Assembly (NCBI GenBank): GCA_965248265.1
Contig: CBDFJF010000001.1
Span: 768,001-832,000 of the forward strand
Length of the DNA stretch: 64,000 bases
Source: Candidatus Latescibacterota bacterium
Lineage (GTDB): Bacteria > Latescibacterota > UBA2968 > UBA8231
Direction: 5' to 3'
In this document: positions 10,423 through 20,047 of the stretch, piece after piece
Numbering within the stretch: position 1 is the stretch's first letter
How the letters are laid out: each line of letters opens with the position of its first letter
Notes under the pieces: generated by a model
What the model saw: the letters and a program-made list of their open reading frames with translations, nothing else
Told to the model about the DNA's origin: nothing
Databases searched by the model: none
Program-made: the position numbers and the translations under genes

Positions 10423-10546
10423 ATATTCTCGCTGATTGACGTACGCCGTTGACGAGCATCTTGTGCGTTCTACAGACTGATGCTCGGCTTTGCCCGATAT
10501 TTTATGTTACGACCAAAAGTTCGTGTACCGACCCGTTTTTCTGAAA

Positions 10547-10582
10547 TTATGCGCACCTTTTGTTCACATATAGCAGTTATGA
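10547..10582 (+). other. attI-like site 1 (start of cassette array)
   Basis: GCGCAC..TGTTCACATATAGCA|GTTATGA; core GTT at 10576 has no upstream attC palindrome; resembles the site at 14034..14069. Confidence 0.5.
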
Positions 10583-10623
10583 GAAATGCCAAAACCAACG
10601 TCTCCCTTTTCAGGAGGATAGTC

Positions 10624-11196
10624 ATGACCGGCCTGCACTCATTCGATGACTTTGTCGACCTGCCGGACAAAGAAATCCAAACCGTAATAGAGAAGGCCGA
10701 GCAGAAGGACCTGACTGTTGCGCTATGGGCGGCCAGCGAAGAGACAAAAGAGAAATTCCTCCGGAACATGACTGGCCAATTGCTCACCTTCGTGAAAGAG
10801 GAACTGGCGCTCATGGAGCCCATAGCTCCCTGGTGCCGACCTGAATCAGATCACGATATACCAAGCCTCCATGCCTTTGATGATCTGCTCAAGTTCACGG
10901 CTAGGGAGATTCAGGCTGGATTGCGAGAATTGGATCAGAAGGAGGTCGTGATCGCCTTGAAGGGAGCCAGTGAGGAAGCAAAAGGAAAGATCTTGAGCAA
11001 TATGTCCGAGCGCGTAGTTACTTTCATAGAAGAAGAGTTAGAAGCTTTGGTATCGATAACTCCAGAGGAGATAGAGAGCGTTCAAAAAAAATACTTAGAA
11101 ACGACGGTAATAGAAGCAGAAAAGGCCGTAGAGAAGGTAAAGGGCGGCATTGTGACAGCGCGAGAGCGAATGATACAGATTTACCAATCAGAATAG
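10624..11196 (+). CDS. Tandem FliG C-terminal-domain protein (gene cassette)
   Basis: Two repeats: SFDDFVDLPDKEIQTVIEKAEQKDLTVALWAASEETKEKFLRNMT and AFDDLLKFTAREIQAGLRELDQKEVVIALKGASEEAKGKILSNMSERV; AGGAGG RBS. Confidence 0.8.
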   Translation: MTGLHSFDDFVDLPDKEIQTVIEKAEQKDLTVALWAASEETKEKFLRNMTGQLLTFVKEELALMEPIAPWCRPESDHDIPSLHAFDDLLKFTAREIQAGLRELDQKEVVIALKGASEEAKGKILSNMSERVVTFIEEELEALVSITPEEIESVQKKYLETTVIEAEKAVEKVKGGIVTARERMIQIYQSE

Positions 11197-11257
11197 TGAA
11201 CCACTCAGGTATGATAATTTTGAGGCCATATAAATGTTTCCACCCAGGTGGCACTTC

Positions 11258-11289
11258 TGATAACATTCGTGGACAGATAGGCGTTATGA
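11258..11289 (+). repeat. Internally deleted attC (32 bp)
   Basis: TGATAAC...GTTATGA; GGCACTTCTGATAAC is the near-inverse of GTTATGAGAAATGCC at 10576. Confidence 0.6.
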
Positions 11290-11326
11290 GAAATGCGAGA
11301 AAGGTCGTTCGCCCTGTTCGAGGTGG

Positions 11327-11758
11327 ATGAAGAACTTGATACGAATCCGACAAGCAGACGCGTCCGAACTTTCGACGAAATGCAGATCTCTGGTGCCTGA
11401 GATTCAACTGACCGCCAAGTATGAAGCCAGAATCTCAGGCAAGTCCGGGGAGAATTTCGCAGCTGAGGAGAACAGTGAGATCATCGGTTTTGCAATCGGC
11501 TATGGGGAAGGCGGCTTCTTCTACATCTATCTCTTCGGTGTTGAACCAAACCACAGGAAACAGGGCATCGGACAACTCTTGCTTGACCATGTCGAACAGT
11601 GGGCGAGAGATACCAACTTCGATGGTGTCGCTATCCAGTCACGAAACAAATTTCCTGACATGCTGCGTCTTTTGGTCAAGAACAAATACAAAATTGTCGC
11701 ATTCATTGACCGCGGGGACCACGATAGCAGCCCAATTCGCTTCGAAAAGCTCTGTTAA
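11327..11758 (+). CDS. GNAT N-acetyltransferase (gene cassette)
   Basis: GVEPNHRKQGIGQLLL acetyl-CoA motif; bounded by GTTATGAGAA / TTCTCATAAC. Confidence 0.88.
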   Translation: MKNLIRIRQADASELSTKCRSLVPEIQLTAKYEARISGKSGENFAAEENSEIIGFAIGYGEGGFFYIYLFGVEPNHRKQGIGQLLLDHVEQWARDTNFDGVAIQSRNKFPDMLRLLVKNKYKIVAFIDRGDHDSSPIRFEKLC

Positions 11759-11765
11759 GCACTTC

Positions 11766-11845
11766 TCATAACAGCACTGTTCGCGCTGCGGCGCCCTCGC
11801 GCCTTGGCCTTCGGCAACAGCTTCGCGGTTCGCAAACCGTTAGAG
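11766..11845 (+). repeat. attC site
   Basis: TCATAAC...GTTAGAG; shares CACTGTTCGCGCTGCG with 15311 and CTTGGCCTTCGGCA with 13854 and 15311. Confidence 0.8.
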
Positions 11846-11868
11846 GCCATGCGGCCAAAGCGAAGACC

Positions 11869-11897
11869 TTGCACTCTATACGCCATTGGCGTATAGT
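11869..11897 (+). promoter_or_regulatory. Sigma70 promoter overlapped by palindromic TA operator
   Basis: TTGCAC-17 bp-TATAGT; perfect palindrome CTATACGCCA-T-TGGCGTATAG at 11876..11896; ATG at 11904. Confidence 0.8.
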
Positions 11898-12064
11898 AGA
11901 TCTATGACCTTTGTTGAAACGCCCATCTTTTCAGAGGAAATTCTGACTCTACTACCCGACGATGGCTACCGAGCATTGCAACTGGCGATCCTGTTCCGAC
12001 CCGATCAGGACAGTGAATCGCCCCGGGGTTGCCGGAGGCTCCTTTTCTTGAGAGGATTGGAGTC

Positions 12065-13295
<1,231 letters not shown>

Positions 13296-13531
13296 CCAAG
13301 TCTCCGGACAACTCGGGGCGATTCACAGATCATCCCGCGCACAAGCGGCTTGCGCAAATTGAGATGGAATTTGCCGCGTGGCGGCAAACGCGGCGGTTTG
13401 CGTGTCATTTACTACTGGGACAAACCCGACGACACCGTTTACATGCTCTGGGTGTATCGCAAGAGTCGGCAGGAGGATCTAACGGCTCAGCAAGCCAGAC
13501 TGCTCAGCAAACTTGTGAAGGAGTACCTGTC

Positions 13532-13822
13532 ATGAAAGATCGCGACTTTGACAAACTTGTAGATAGCGTCAAACAAGCCGGTGCGATCAAGCGCGGCAAA
13601 CTCAAACCGGGCCGAACCATCCAGATGGACCCTGACGATGTCAGATTGATCCGCAAGAAACTGCAAAAGTCCCAATCTGAATTTGCCCTGATGATAGGGG
13701 TCAGTGTCTCTACTCTGCAAAACTGGGAGCAGGGACGCCGCAATCCCGAGGGCCCGGCTCGAGCCCTGCTCAAGATCGCTTCGGAGAATCCCGAAGCAGT
13801 GGCGCGATCCTTGAGTGCGTAG
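13532..13822 (+). CDS. HigA/NadS-like XRE HTH antitoxin
   Basis: SQSEFALMIGVSVSTLQNWEQGRRNPEGPARALL; ATGA overlap with the toxin stop. Confidence 0.9.
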   Translation: MKDRDFDKLVDSVKQAGAIKRGKLKPGRTIQMDPDDVRLIRKKLQKSQSEFALMIGVSVSTLQNWEQGRRNPEGPARALLKIASENPEAVARSLSA

Positions 13823-13853
13823 CGAGCCCACACCCCGCCCCTGACCACACAGC

Positions 13854-13954
13854 CTCTAACAAACGGTTTACACTGCGCCGCCTTCAGCGGCTTGGCCTTC
13901 GGCAATCTGCCTTCGCTGTGCTCGACAGATTCGTAAACCGTAGAAACGTTACCG
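13854..13954 (+). repeat. attC site closing the TA cassette
   Basis: GCCTCTAAC is the exact inverse of GTTAGAGGC at 11839; CGGTTTAC..GTAAACCG stem; ends GTTACCG. Confidence 0.85.
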
Positions 13955-13981
13955 CCCGTCAGATCCTATATCTGATAGTCG
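13953..13981 (+). repeat. 11-7-11 inverted-arm site, left subtype
   Basis: CGCCCGTCAGA-TCCTATA-TCTGATAGTCG. Confidence 0.8.
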
Positions 13982-14033
13982 GTCTGCCAGGTAAAACGAC
14001 CGAAAAGGACGCAAAATTGCCCGTCCGGTGTAT

Positions 14034-14069
14034 TTGAGCGAACATTGGTTCGCCTACAAATAGTTAGCC
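14034..14069 (+). other. attI-like site 2
   Basis: GCGAACATTGGTTCGCCTACAAATA|GTTAGCC; GTTAGCCAAAAGCG pairs with CGCCTTCGGCTAAC ending at 14918. Confidence 0.55.
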
Positions 14070-14135
14070 AAAAGCGCCCGCCACCCGCTCTGGACACGAT
14101 GGGACGCAGAGAAACTCACAATAGGAGGGCACACA

Positions 14136-14879
14136 ATGGAACGCATCTTCCCCAACTTATATCGCTTTACTGACGAGCCTTCTCACAAGGGGCGGATATA
14201 TTCGTACCTCATCGTGAGGAAGGGAGGAAATCTACTTCTGCCATGCTTAGGAGGCGGTGCTGTAAGTGAACACCTCAAGGATATCGAGCGCATTGGCGGG
14301 GTGGATACTCAGTTCGTCACGCACAATCATGACATCGACGGTGCCTTGCAGGAAGCCGTCTACGCCCGCTTCGGCGCCAAGCTCTGCTATCACCGAGCCG
14401 ACCACAAGAAAGTGGTGGCAAAGACCAAATGTCCGACAGCGGAATTCAGTGACGATGGCCTGCAGTTGGGCTCTGACTTCCAGGCACTCTACTTCCCGAG
14501 TTGTTCGGTCGGCTCCAGTGTCTACCACTGGCGATATCGGGGGAAACACTTCCTGTTCACGAGCCACGTCATCAACATGGTCGAAGGCGACTGGGAGGTC
14601 GGTCTCGACCTTAAGAAATCCCCACCTAGTCTGGCCCCCCAGTTCGCAGAAATCGCCAAGCTGCCTATCGACTACACCATGCCGAATGTGTGCAGATACG
14701 GGCAGGAGGAGTTCCATAGGTTCAACGATTATACAAGGAAGGCCTTCTCCACGGCGTTGAGAGCAAAGACCCGGCGAGCAAAGAGTAGGGTCGACGCACC
14801 GACTGGCAACATTGTGATCAAGGTAGTGGGGCCCAGACGGTTTCAGAGTCTTACGAAGGTGCGCGACGACAGGAGCTGA
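14136..14879 (+). CDS. Metallo-beta-lactamase-fold-like protein (gene cassette)
   Basis: YSYLIVRKGGNLL, QFVTHNHD, FLFTSH; degenerate metal motifs; GGAGG RBS. Confidence 0.65.
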   Translation: MERIFPNLYRFTDEPSHKGRIYSYLIVRKGGNLLLPCLGGGAVSEHLKDIERIGGVDTQFVTHNHDIDGALQEAVYARFGAKLCYHRADHKKVVAKTKCPTAEFSDDGLQLGSDFQALYFPSCSVGSSVYHWRYRGKHFLFTSHVINMVEGDWEVGLDLKKSPPSLAPQFAEIAKLPIDYTMPNVCRYGQEEFHRFNDYTRKAFSTALRAKTRRAKSRVDAPTGNIVIKVVGPRRFQSLTKVRDDRS

Positions 14880-14911
14880 AGGAGGAGGCTAGCGGCACCC
14901 GATTCGCCTTC

Positions 14912-14993
14912 GGCTAACACGTCCATGCCCGGCTTCGGGCTGCGCCCTTCGCCAAACCGCATTCGCGGTTCGGGCACGGCGAAATCGTTAGGC
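14912..14993 (+). repeat. attC site
   Basis: GGCTAAC...GTTAGGC, with CCATGCCCG / CGGGCACGG stem. Confidence 0.8.
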
Positions 14994-15021
14994 GCAAACA
15001 GAAAGGCTCTTTTTTTTGGAA

Positions 15022-15275
15022 ATGAGCATGGCAATCAGTCGAGCTGGAGCCTGAACCGCACTGGCGTCATTGCGACCTTTATTCTTTTCGCCCTCTGGGT
15101 TCTCTTCAACCAGGGCAAGATGACCTCGCTGGGGATATTTGGTGGCAAACCCGGCCACATGTTCACCTGCGCCACGTGGATAGACATTTTAGCAGGGCTA
15201 TTCGTTCACGGTGTAATTTTTTGCATCTGCGGGGAGCAGGTTTTGGCATTTCAATCATCGCGAACTGGATTCTGA
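15022..15275 (+). CDS. Small membrane protein in cassette (start uncertain, possibly frameshifted)
   Basis: Two hydrophobic stretches (VIATFILFALWVLF; ILAGLFVHGVIFCIC) between two attC sites. Confidence 0.4.
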
Positions 15276-15310
15276 GGCGGTTCAGGACGTAGTGCTGTGT
15301 ATCTGTCAGC

Positions 15311-15403
15311 GCCAAACAACACTGTTCGCGCTGCGCGCCTTTCGGCGCTTGGCCTTCGGCACCCTGGCATTCGCCAGGGTTGTGAGATGGAAGAACGTTA
15401 CGC
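15311..15403 (+). repeat. attC site (R'' core degenerate)
   Basis: GCCAAAC..GTTACGC; first ~50 bp closely resemble attC 11766. Confidence 0.75.
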
Positions 15404-15406
15404 GCC

Positions 15407-16174
15407 GTGCTATTCCCGGAGTATGAGGAACTGTCTATCTCGATGACCAAGACATCCAGGGATAGTCTCGAAGTTGTGCAAGTCCACCATGGCTACGCCC
15501 GGTGGTCTGAGATATATGATATGCAGGACAATATGCTGATCATTCTGGAGGAGCCGCTGGTACGAGCACTGCTGGGAAACGTCCGTGGCCTCTCGGTCGC
15601 AGACATTGGTTGTGGCACCGGTCGGCACACCGTCCACATGGCTGAAGCGGGCGCTCAGGTAACCGCGATCGACTTCTCTCAGGAGATGATGGCGCGAGCC
15701 ATCGAGAAGACGAAAGAGTGGGACATCAAATTCGTTACGCACGACCTGACTGATCGTTTGCCCTTCGCCGACAATTCATTCGATCGCGTCCTCTGCTGTC
15801 TCGTTCTGGAGCACATTGCTGATCTGCACGGAATGATTGCAGAAATGGCGAGGATCTGTCGACCTGGAGGCTTCGTCCTCATAGCCGAACTGCACCCAGC
15901 GATGTTCCTCCGCGGCCTCCAGGCCCGGTTCACGGATCCAACGACAGGTCAGAAAGTCAACGTCCAGAGCAACCGCCACCTGATCTCTGACTATGTCAAT
16001 GCAGCCGTGAGGGCTAATTTACAGATCGACCGCATTGAAGAGCATCTTGCAGACGAACCCCTATTGGAGAAGTCGCCGAGAGCGAAGGAATACTGGAGCG
16101 CGTTCCGAGAGGACTTTGATCTGGGCTGGCCGATGCTACTGCTGGTGAAGTTGGGTAAACCATCACGCGCATGA
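15407..16174 (+). CDS. Class I SAM-dependent methyltransferase (gene cassette)
   Basis: VADIGCGTGRH, LPFADNSFDRV, ARICRPGG; start may be 15443. Confidence 0.92.
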   Translation: MLFPEYEELSISMTKTSRDSLEVVQVHHGYARWSEIYDMQDNMLIILEEPLVRALLGNVRGLSVADIGCGTGRHTVHMAEAGAQVTAIDFSQEMMARAIEKTKEWDIKFVTHDLTDRLPFADNSFDRVLCCLVLEHIADLHGMIAEMARICRPGGFVLIAELHPAMFLRGLQARFTDPTTGQKVNVQSNRHLISDYVNAAVRANLQIDRIEEHLADEPLLEKSPRAKEYWSAFREDFDLGWPMLLLVKLGKPSRA

Positions 16175-16254
16175 CACAACCGTGTGCAACTCCGGTCGCT
16201 ACGCTCCCCCGTCCCAACCCGGCTGCGGTAGGTTTTCACACGGCTGAACAATGG

Positions 16255-16283
16255 TGACCTGCTGATCCTATGTCTGATGGTCA
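16255..16283 (+). repeat. 11-7-11 inverted-arm site, right subtype
   Basis: TGACCTGCTGA-TCCTATG-TCTGATGGTCA; 27/29 identical to 34611..34639. Confidence 0.8.
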
Positions 16284-16471
16284 TTTTCGAATGACAGCCG
16301 CATTTGCGAACTCAAAGCAAGTATTTCCACGAGAATGCGCTCATCAAGGAGCCCGGGACTCGCGGGCTGGTGGTGCCTCCCGGCGAGTGTGGCAGACAGG
16401 CCCATGGGAACAAATCACTCATCGTGGGCTGGACAGCGCGGGACTACCTGCGGCTTTCTGCAAATGTCTGC

Positions 16472-17224
16472 CTAGAACCTTTCTTGCAGCAGCCGCGTGA
16501 TCGCGTTCGGCTTGCTGTAGTACGCACGTGTTGCAGCATCTGGATGTGCCCAGAGCCGCTTGGGAACGATCGTGTGGTTACTTATCGGCGGGCTCGAGGC
16601 ACGACCGCAATAGATGTGGACAGTGCGGCGCTCGACGTCACTGCGGCGAACGTTGCCCCCGTGGAACATGCCCGCGTTGAACACAACTGCCGTCCCACGT
16701 GGACCCTCGATATGGTGGGCCGCATCCAGCTCATAGTGCGCCAGCGGTGCCAGCTCGTCGCCGACAGCTGAGCCCGGCAGTACACTGAAGGTGTGCGTCG
16801 ACTCATCGACGTCGCTCAGGTAAAACGCGACGGATACGTAGTGAGAGGCAAAGGCTGGCGGTGATCCCAGCTCCGGCCAGCCATTTCCGTCTCGGTGCCA
16901 GTGGCAGTATGGCTTGCCGGCGTAGGGCTTGCGAATGTGTACCGTATGCTCTTCGGCGCGTAGGTGGGATCCGAGAATACCCTCGAGCAGTGGCATCAGA
17001 GTCGGCGGTCTCATTGTGACGTCCATCTCCTTGTATGCCAGCAGCGCGTGCGCGTTGAGGATTACGTGGCCGTCTTCCCGTTCGATCCAGAACGGCGTTT
17101 CGGCCGCCAGGTCGCGATCGATGGCAGCGTTGATGGCATCGACTTCCTCGACGCTCAAAGTGTCCAGCACAACAACGTAACCGAACTTGCGGTAGGTATA
17201 GAGCTGTTCCTGTGTGGATGTCAT
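16472..17224 (-). CDS. Phytanoyl-CoA dioxygenase (PhyH) family Fe(II)/2OG oxygenase
   Basis: YRKFGYVVV, WHRD, SVLPGS, MFHGG..R motifs. Confidence 0.88.
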   Translation of the reverse strand: MTSTQEQLYTYRKFGYVVVLDTLSVEEVDAINAAIDRDLAAETPFWIEREDGHVILNAHALLAYKEMDVTMRPPTLMPLLEGILGSHLRAEEHTVHIRKPYAGKPYCHWHRDGNGWPELGSPPAFASHYVSVAFYLSDVDESTHTFSVLPGSAVGDELAPLAHYELDAAHHIEGPRGTAVVFNAGMFHGGNVRRSDVERRTVHIYCGRASSPPISNHTIVPKRLWAHPDAATRAYYSKPNAITRLLQERF

Positions 17225-17483
17225 GAAATGTCCTTGCGGGAATCCGCGGGCATTGTGGATGGCGTCGGTGAGATTGCCTGAAGAGAGAGATAGCTTGTAC
17301 CAACCGATTATGCGCTAGTGCGCCCACGGCATCAATCTCCCCAACCCCTCTGCACAGTACCCGGAGCCCAGTGCCCCTCATACGAGTCGTCGGCTCCGGC
17401 CCGCGGACTATCAGACTGACGGACCGTACGCAAGCCGTGCCATGCCGGTGTCCAGATTTCCGCAACGATACCAGTTGGGAAGC

Positions 17484-18647
17484 TCACGATTGCAGATAGA
17501 TGAGGTCTCGTTCCTCGACAAGGTGATCGAGGCTGACTGCCTGACCGGGTCGTGGCACCGAAGTTCCCCAGACTCGCGCTCCTTTCAGACGGGTCGCTGA
17601 GACGCCAGCCCGATCCGCTACCAGGATGACATCGCTGGCCCGGTGAACGAGGATAGTTCGCTGTTGTGATTCGTCGGTTGGACGTTCGAGAAGGCAGACG
17701 TTAATCAATCCAAGGGCCTCGAGAAGCAAACCGGGAATCGACGCAAGCGAGTCGGGCTGATCAGTATCCACCTTCAGGCAGCGATCTTCGGACCAACTCT
17801 CACACAACGCGGTCGCCGACTCATCGACGTCGCCCGCGGCGCGTGTTCCCACCACGACAGTCGGCATCGGTACATCTCCGTCGACCCGGCTCTGCAGTAC
17901 GTCCTCGTCAAAACCAACACGGACAATGACCTCGGCATGCTCGACGTGAGCCTCGGCGAGGACGGCTCGTGCCGCTATTTCCTGTTCACGGGACAATTGC
18001 TCGCCCACAAACTTGATGCCCCCCTTTCCGCGAGCATGTAACACCGTGGGCGTGGGGCCAGGTATGGGGTGGATACAAGCTTCTGCCAGTTCCTCAAAGA
18101 CTGTCACCAACTGGGTAGTGACGTCGGCAGTGAGATCGACAACGATGACGATCATATCTGCCCCGGACAGGAGGTGGAGCAGTGGTCGCCCTGCACCCTG
18201 GCCGTCGGCGAGGCCGGGAACCACCGGCGGCGAATCTACCAGCTGCAGGGCTCCCCCTTCGCAGGGCAGCATACCAGGGAGGGGATGCGTTGTAGCAAAC
18301 GGATACGGTGCCACGACCGTAGCAGCACCTGTGAGGGCGCTAACCAGGGCAGACTTACCCACGTTTGGCACGCCTGCCACCACCACCCGTCCGTCTCCCT
18401 GACGCTTGACGTGGAAAGGATCGTGCTGACCGGCACGGGAACGCACCGCCTCATGGCCTTCGAGCCTGGCAACCTGCCGGCGCAATCTGTCCCGAAGATC
18501 CTTGTACGGGCCTTTCCACTCGTCGTGCAGGCCGGCCAGGTGTCGACGCAGGATACGCAGCTGCTCATCTTCGGCCCGACCGCGTAGCTCTTTCTGGATG
18601 TGGGACCAGAGGTCCTTGGCTGGCATGGGCATGACAGCGACATACAA
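17484..18647 (-). CDS. DRG/OBG-family GTPase-like protein with TGS-like C-terminus
   Basis: GVPNVGKS (G1), YPFATT (G2), DSPP (G3), ARVWG..GQAVSLDHLVEERD; start may be 18626. Confidence 0.8.
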   Translation of the reverse strand: MYVAVMPMPAKDLWSHIQKELRGRAEDEQLRILRRHLAGLHDEWKGPYKDLRDRLRRQVARLEGHEAVRSRAGQHDPFHVKRQGDGRVVVAGVPNVGKSALVSALTGAATVVAPYPFATTHPLPGMLPCEGGALQLVDSPPVVPGLADGQGAGRPLLHLLSGADMIVIVVDLTADVTTQLVTVFEELAEACIHPIPGPTPTVLHARGKGGIKFVGEQLSREQEIAARAVLAEAHVEHAEVIVRVGFDEDVLQSRVDGDVPMPTVVVGTRAAGDVDESATALCESWSEDRCLKVDTDQPDSLASIPGLLLEALGLINVCLLERPTDESQQRTILVHRASDVILVADRAGVSATRLKGARVWGTSVPRPGQAVSLDHLVEERDLIYLQS

Positions 18648-18798
18648 CGCGAACTGCTACAATGGCAAGTTTTTGAGGGTCCGATCCCTGGCTCGTCCAC
18701 CAGCTACGATGGAGACCGTTCGCACCGGTACACGCAGGTGACCCACGGATAATGAGGACGATGGTCATTACTGAAGGTCTGACTCCCGATAATTCCGA

Positions 18799-19486
18799 TT
18801 ACCGGGAGTCAACGAAACGATGCTTCAAACGCTCGAGAATACTTATCCATAATCTCCCAAACGACCAGGTTCCAAACACCACGACCGCTAACCATCGATT
18901 GACGCCATCAAACGAACCCAACCCAATGAGCGTAGCGAGAACTATCGTGGCCACTGTTGCGCAAAGAGAAATTACCCTGCCCCGTTTCATTGCAAGCCCA
19001 CGCAAACGCACGATAATCCCTCTACTCGGGAGTCCACTTCATCACAGAGGTGGAGTCCATACGGGGGTTGGTGCTGTGCTGACGCTTCCAGCCGACGGTG
19101 CCCATAGGGCCGTTAGTGCCATGCCGACAACTCCAATGAACACCGGAAACAATACCTCGATTGAGTATCGGAGAAGATGGATGCGTCCATTCATCCACGG
19201 AATCCGGACAGCCCGCACGATCTCTTGTACCCACCCTTCGTCCAGGTCCTTGTGGAAGGGGACCATCGAGCCACGGAGATACGTACTCAGATTTTTTCGT
19301 CGACGGAAACGACCGATACCAGTTCCCTTCCAGAGTCCGAAACTGTTTGTACGAGCGATATGTCAGCCACACCTCCAGTCGGTACGTGTTCTCCGCTGGG
19401 AGCGTAACGACTATGAACGAGATGAAGAAATACCCGATGACCACCGCCATGCAGTGCATGAAAGTCTGTCTGTCGGTTATAGTCAA
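18799..19486 (-). pseudogene. Fragmented membrane-protein gene
   Basis: Consecutive hydrophobic minus-strand ORFs in different frames; no recognised family. Confidence 0.35.
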
Positions 19487-19859
19487 TTGGGCAAATTCAT
19501 CTGGCGATGTGAGGCAAATTACGATATCAGGGATAGCCTCGTAACGCTAACTCTCAGGTCCTCAGACTCACGATAACCCTCGTTAAAAGGAGTCCACCGT
19601 CTTCTATGTACGGCTGTGAGGTTGCGCCCGCCTTCCACTTGATACATGCGAATCGCGTTATCGAAAATCTGATGACATGGTGACTATCAGTTGCTCACGT
19701 ATATGGCCTCCGTTCTGTCATTCCAATGGCCATCCATTGAAGATGGGCAACAGAGCCGTGAATCGCTACTGGTCAGAATGGAGTTTGCACGCTGCCGGGG
19801 TTTTTTCGTCTAGAGGTCGTCAGCAACTTCGGCCCCAACATCTCGGATGTCGTTCACGA

Positions 19860-19961
19860 TGACGCGCGCGCCGGCCAAACGCGAACTCCTCCGCCATTGC
19901 CTTCCCAAGACCGTCGCCTCCGCCCGTGATCAGTGCGACTCTTCCATCGACTCTGACCCAT
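19860..19961 (-). pseudogene. SDR oxidoreductase 5' fragment
   Basis: AAGGAG RBS; MG/RVDGRVALITGGGDGLGKAMAEEFA (TGxxxGxG). Confidence 0.75.
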
Positions 19962-20047
19962 CGTCTGCTCCTTTGCCTTGGAGACGGCCCTATGATAGCT
20001 TTTGTCCGCGATGATGACATTACCAACGCCGCGCTGAAGGCAGGTCA

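Noticed and set aside
10485-10512. dif-like site (TTATGTTAC resembles a XerD arm)
   Set aside because: No XerC-like arm at the required 6-bp spacing.
16166-16254. Sixth complete attC after the methyltransferase
   Set aside because: R'' is degenerate (GCATGAC) and there is no GTT core; part of it matches the sub-terminal sequence at 34575 instead.
19039-19044. TGA read-through in the fragmented membrane ORF
   Set aside because: Tandem TGATGA with no Cys-motif context and no SECIS-like hairpin noticed.
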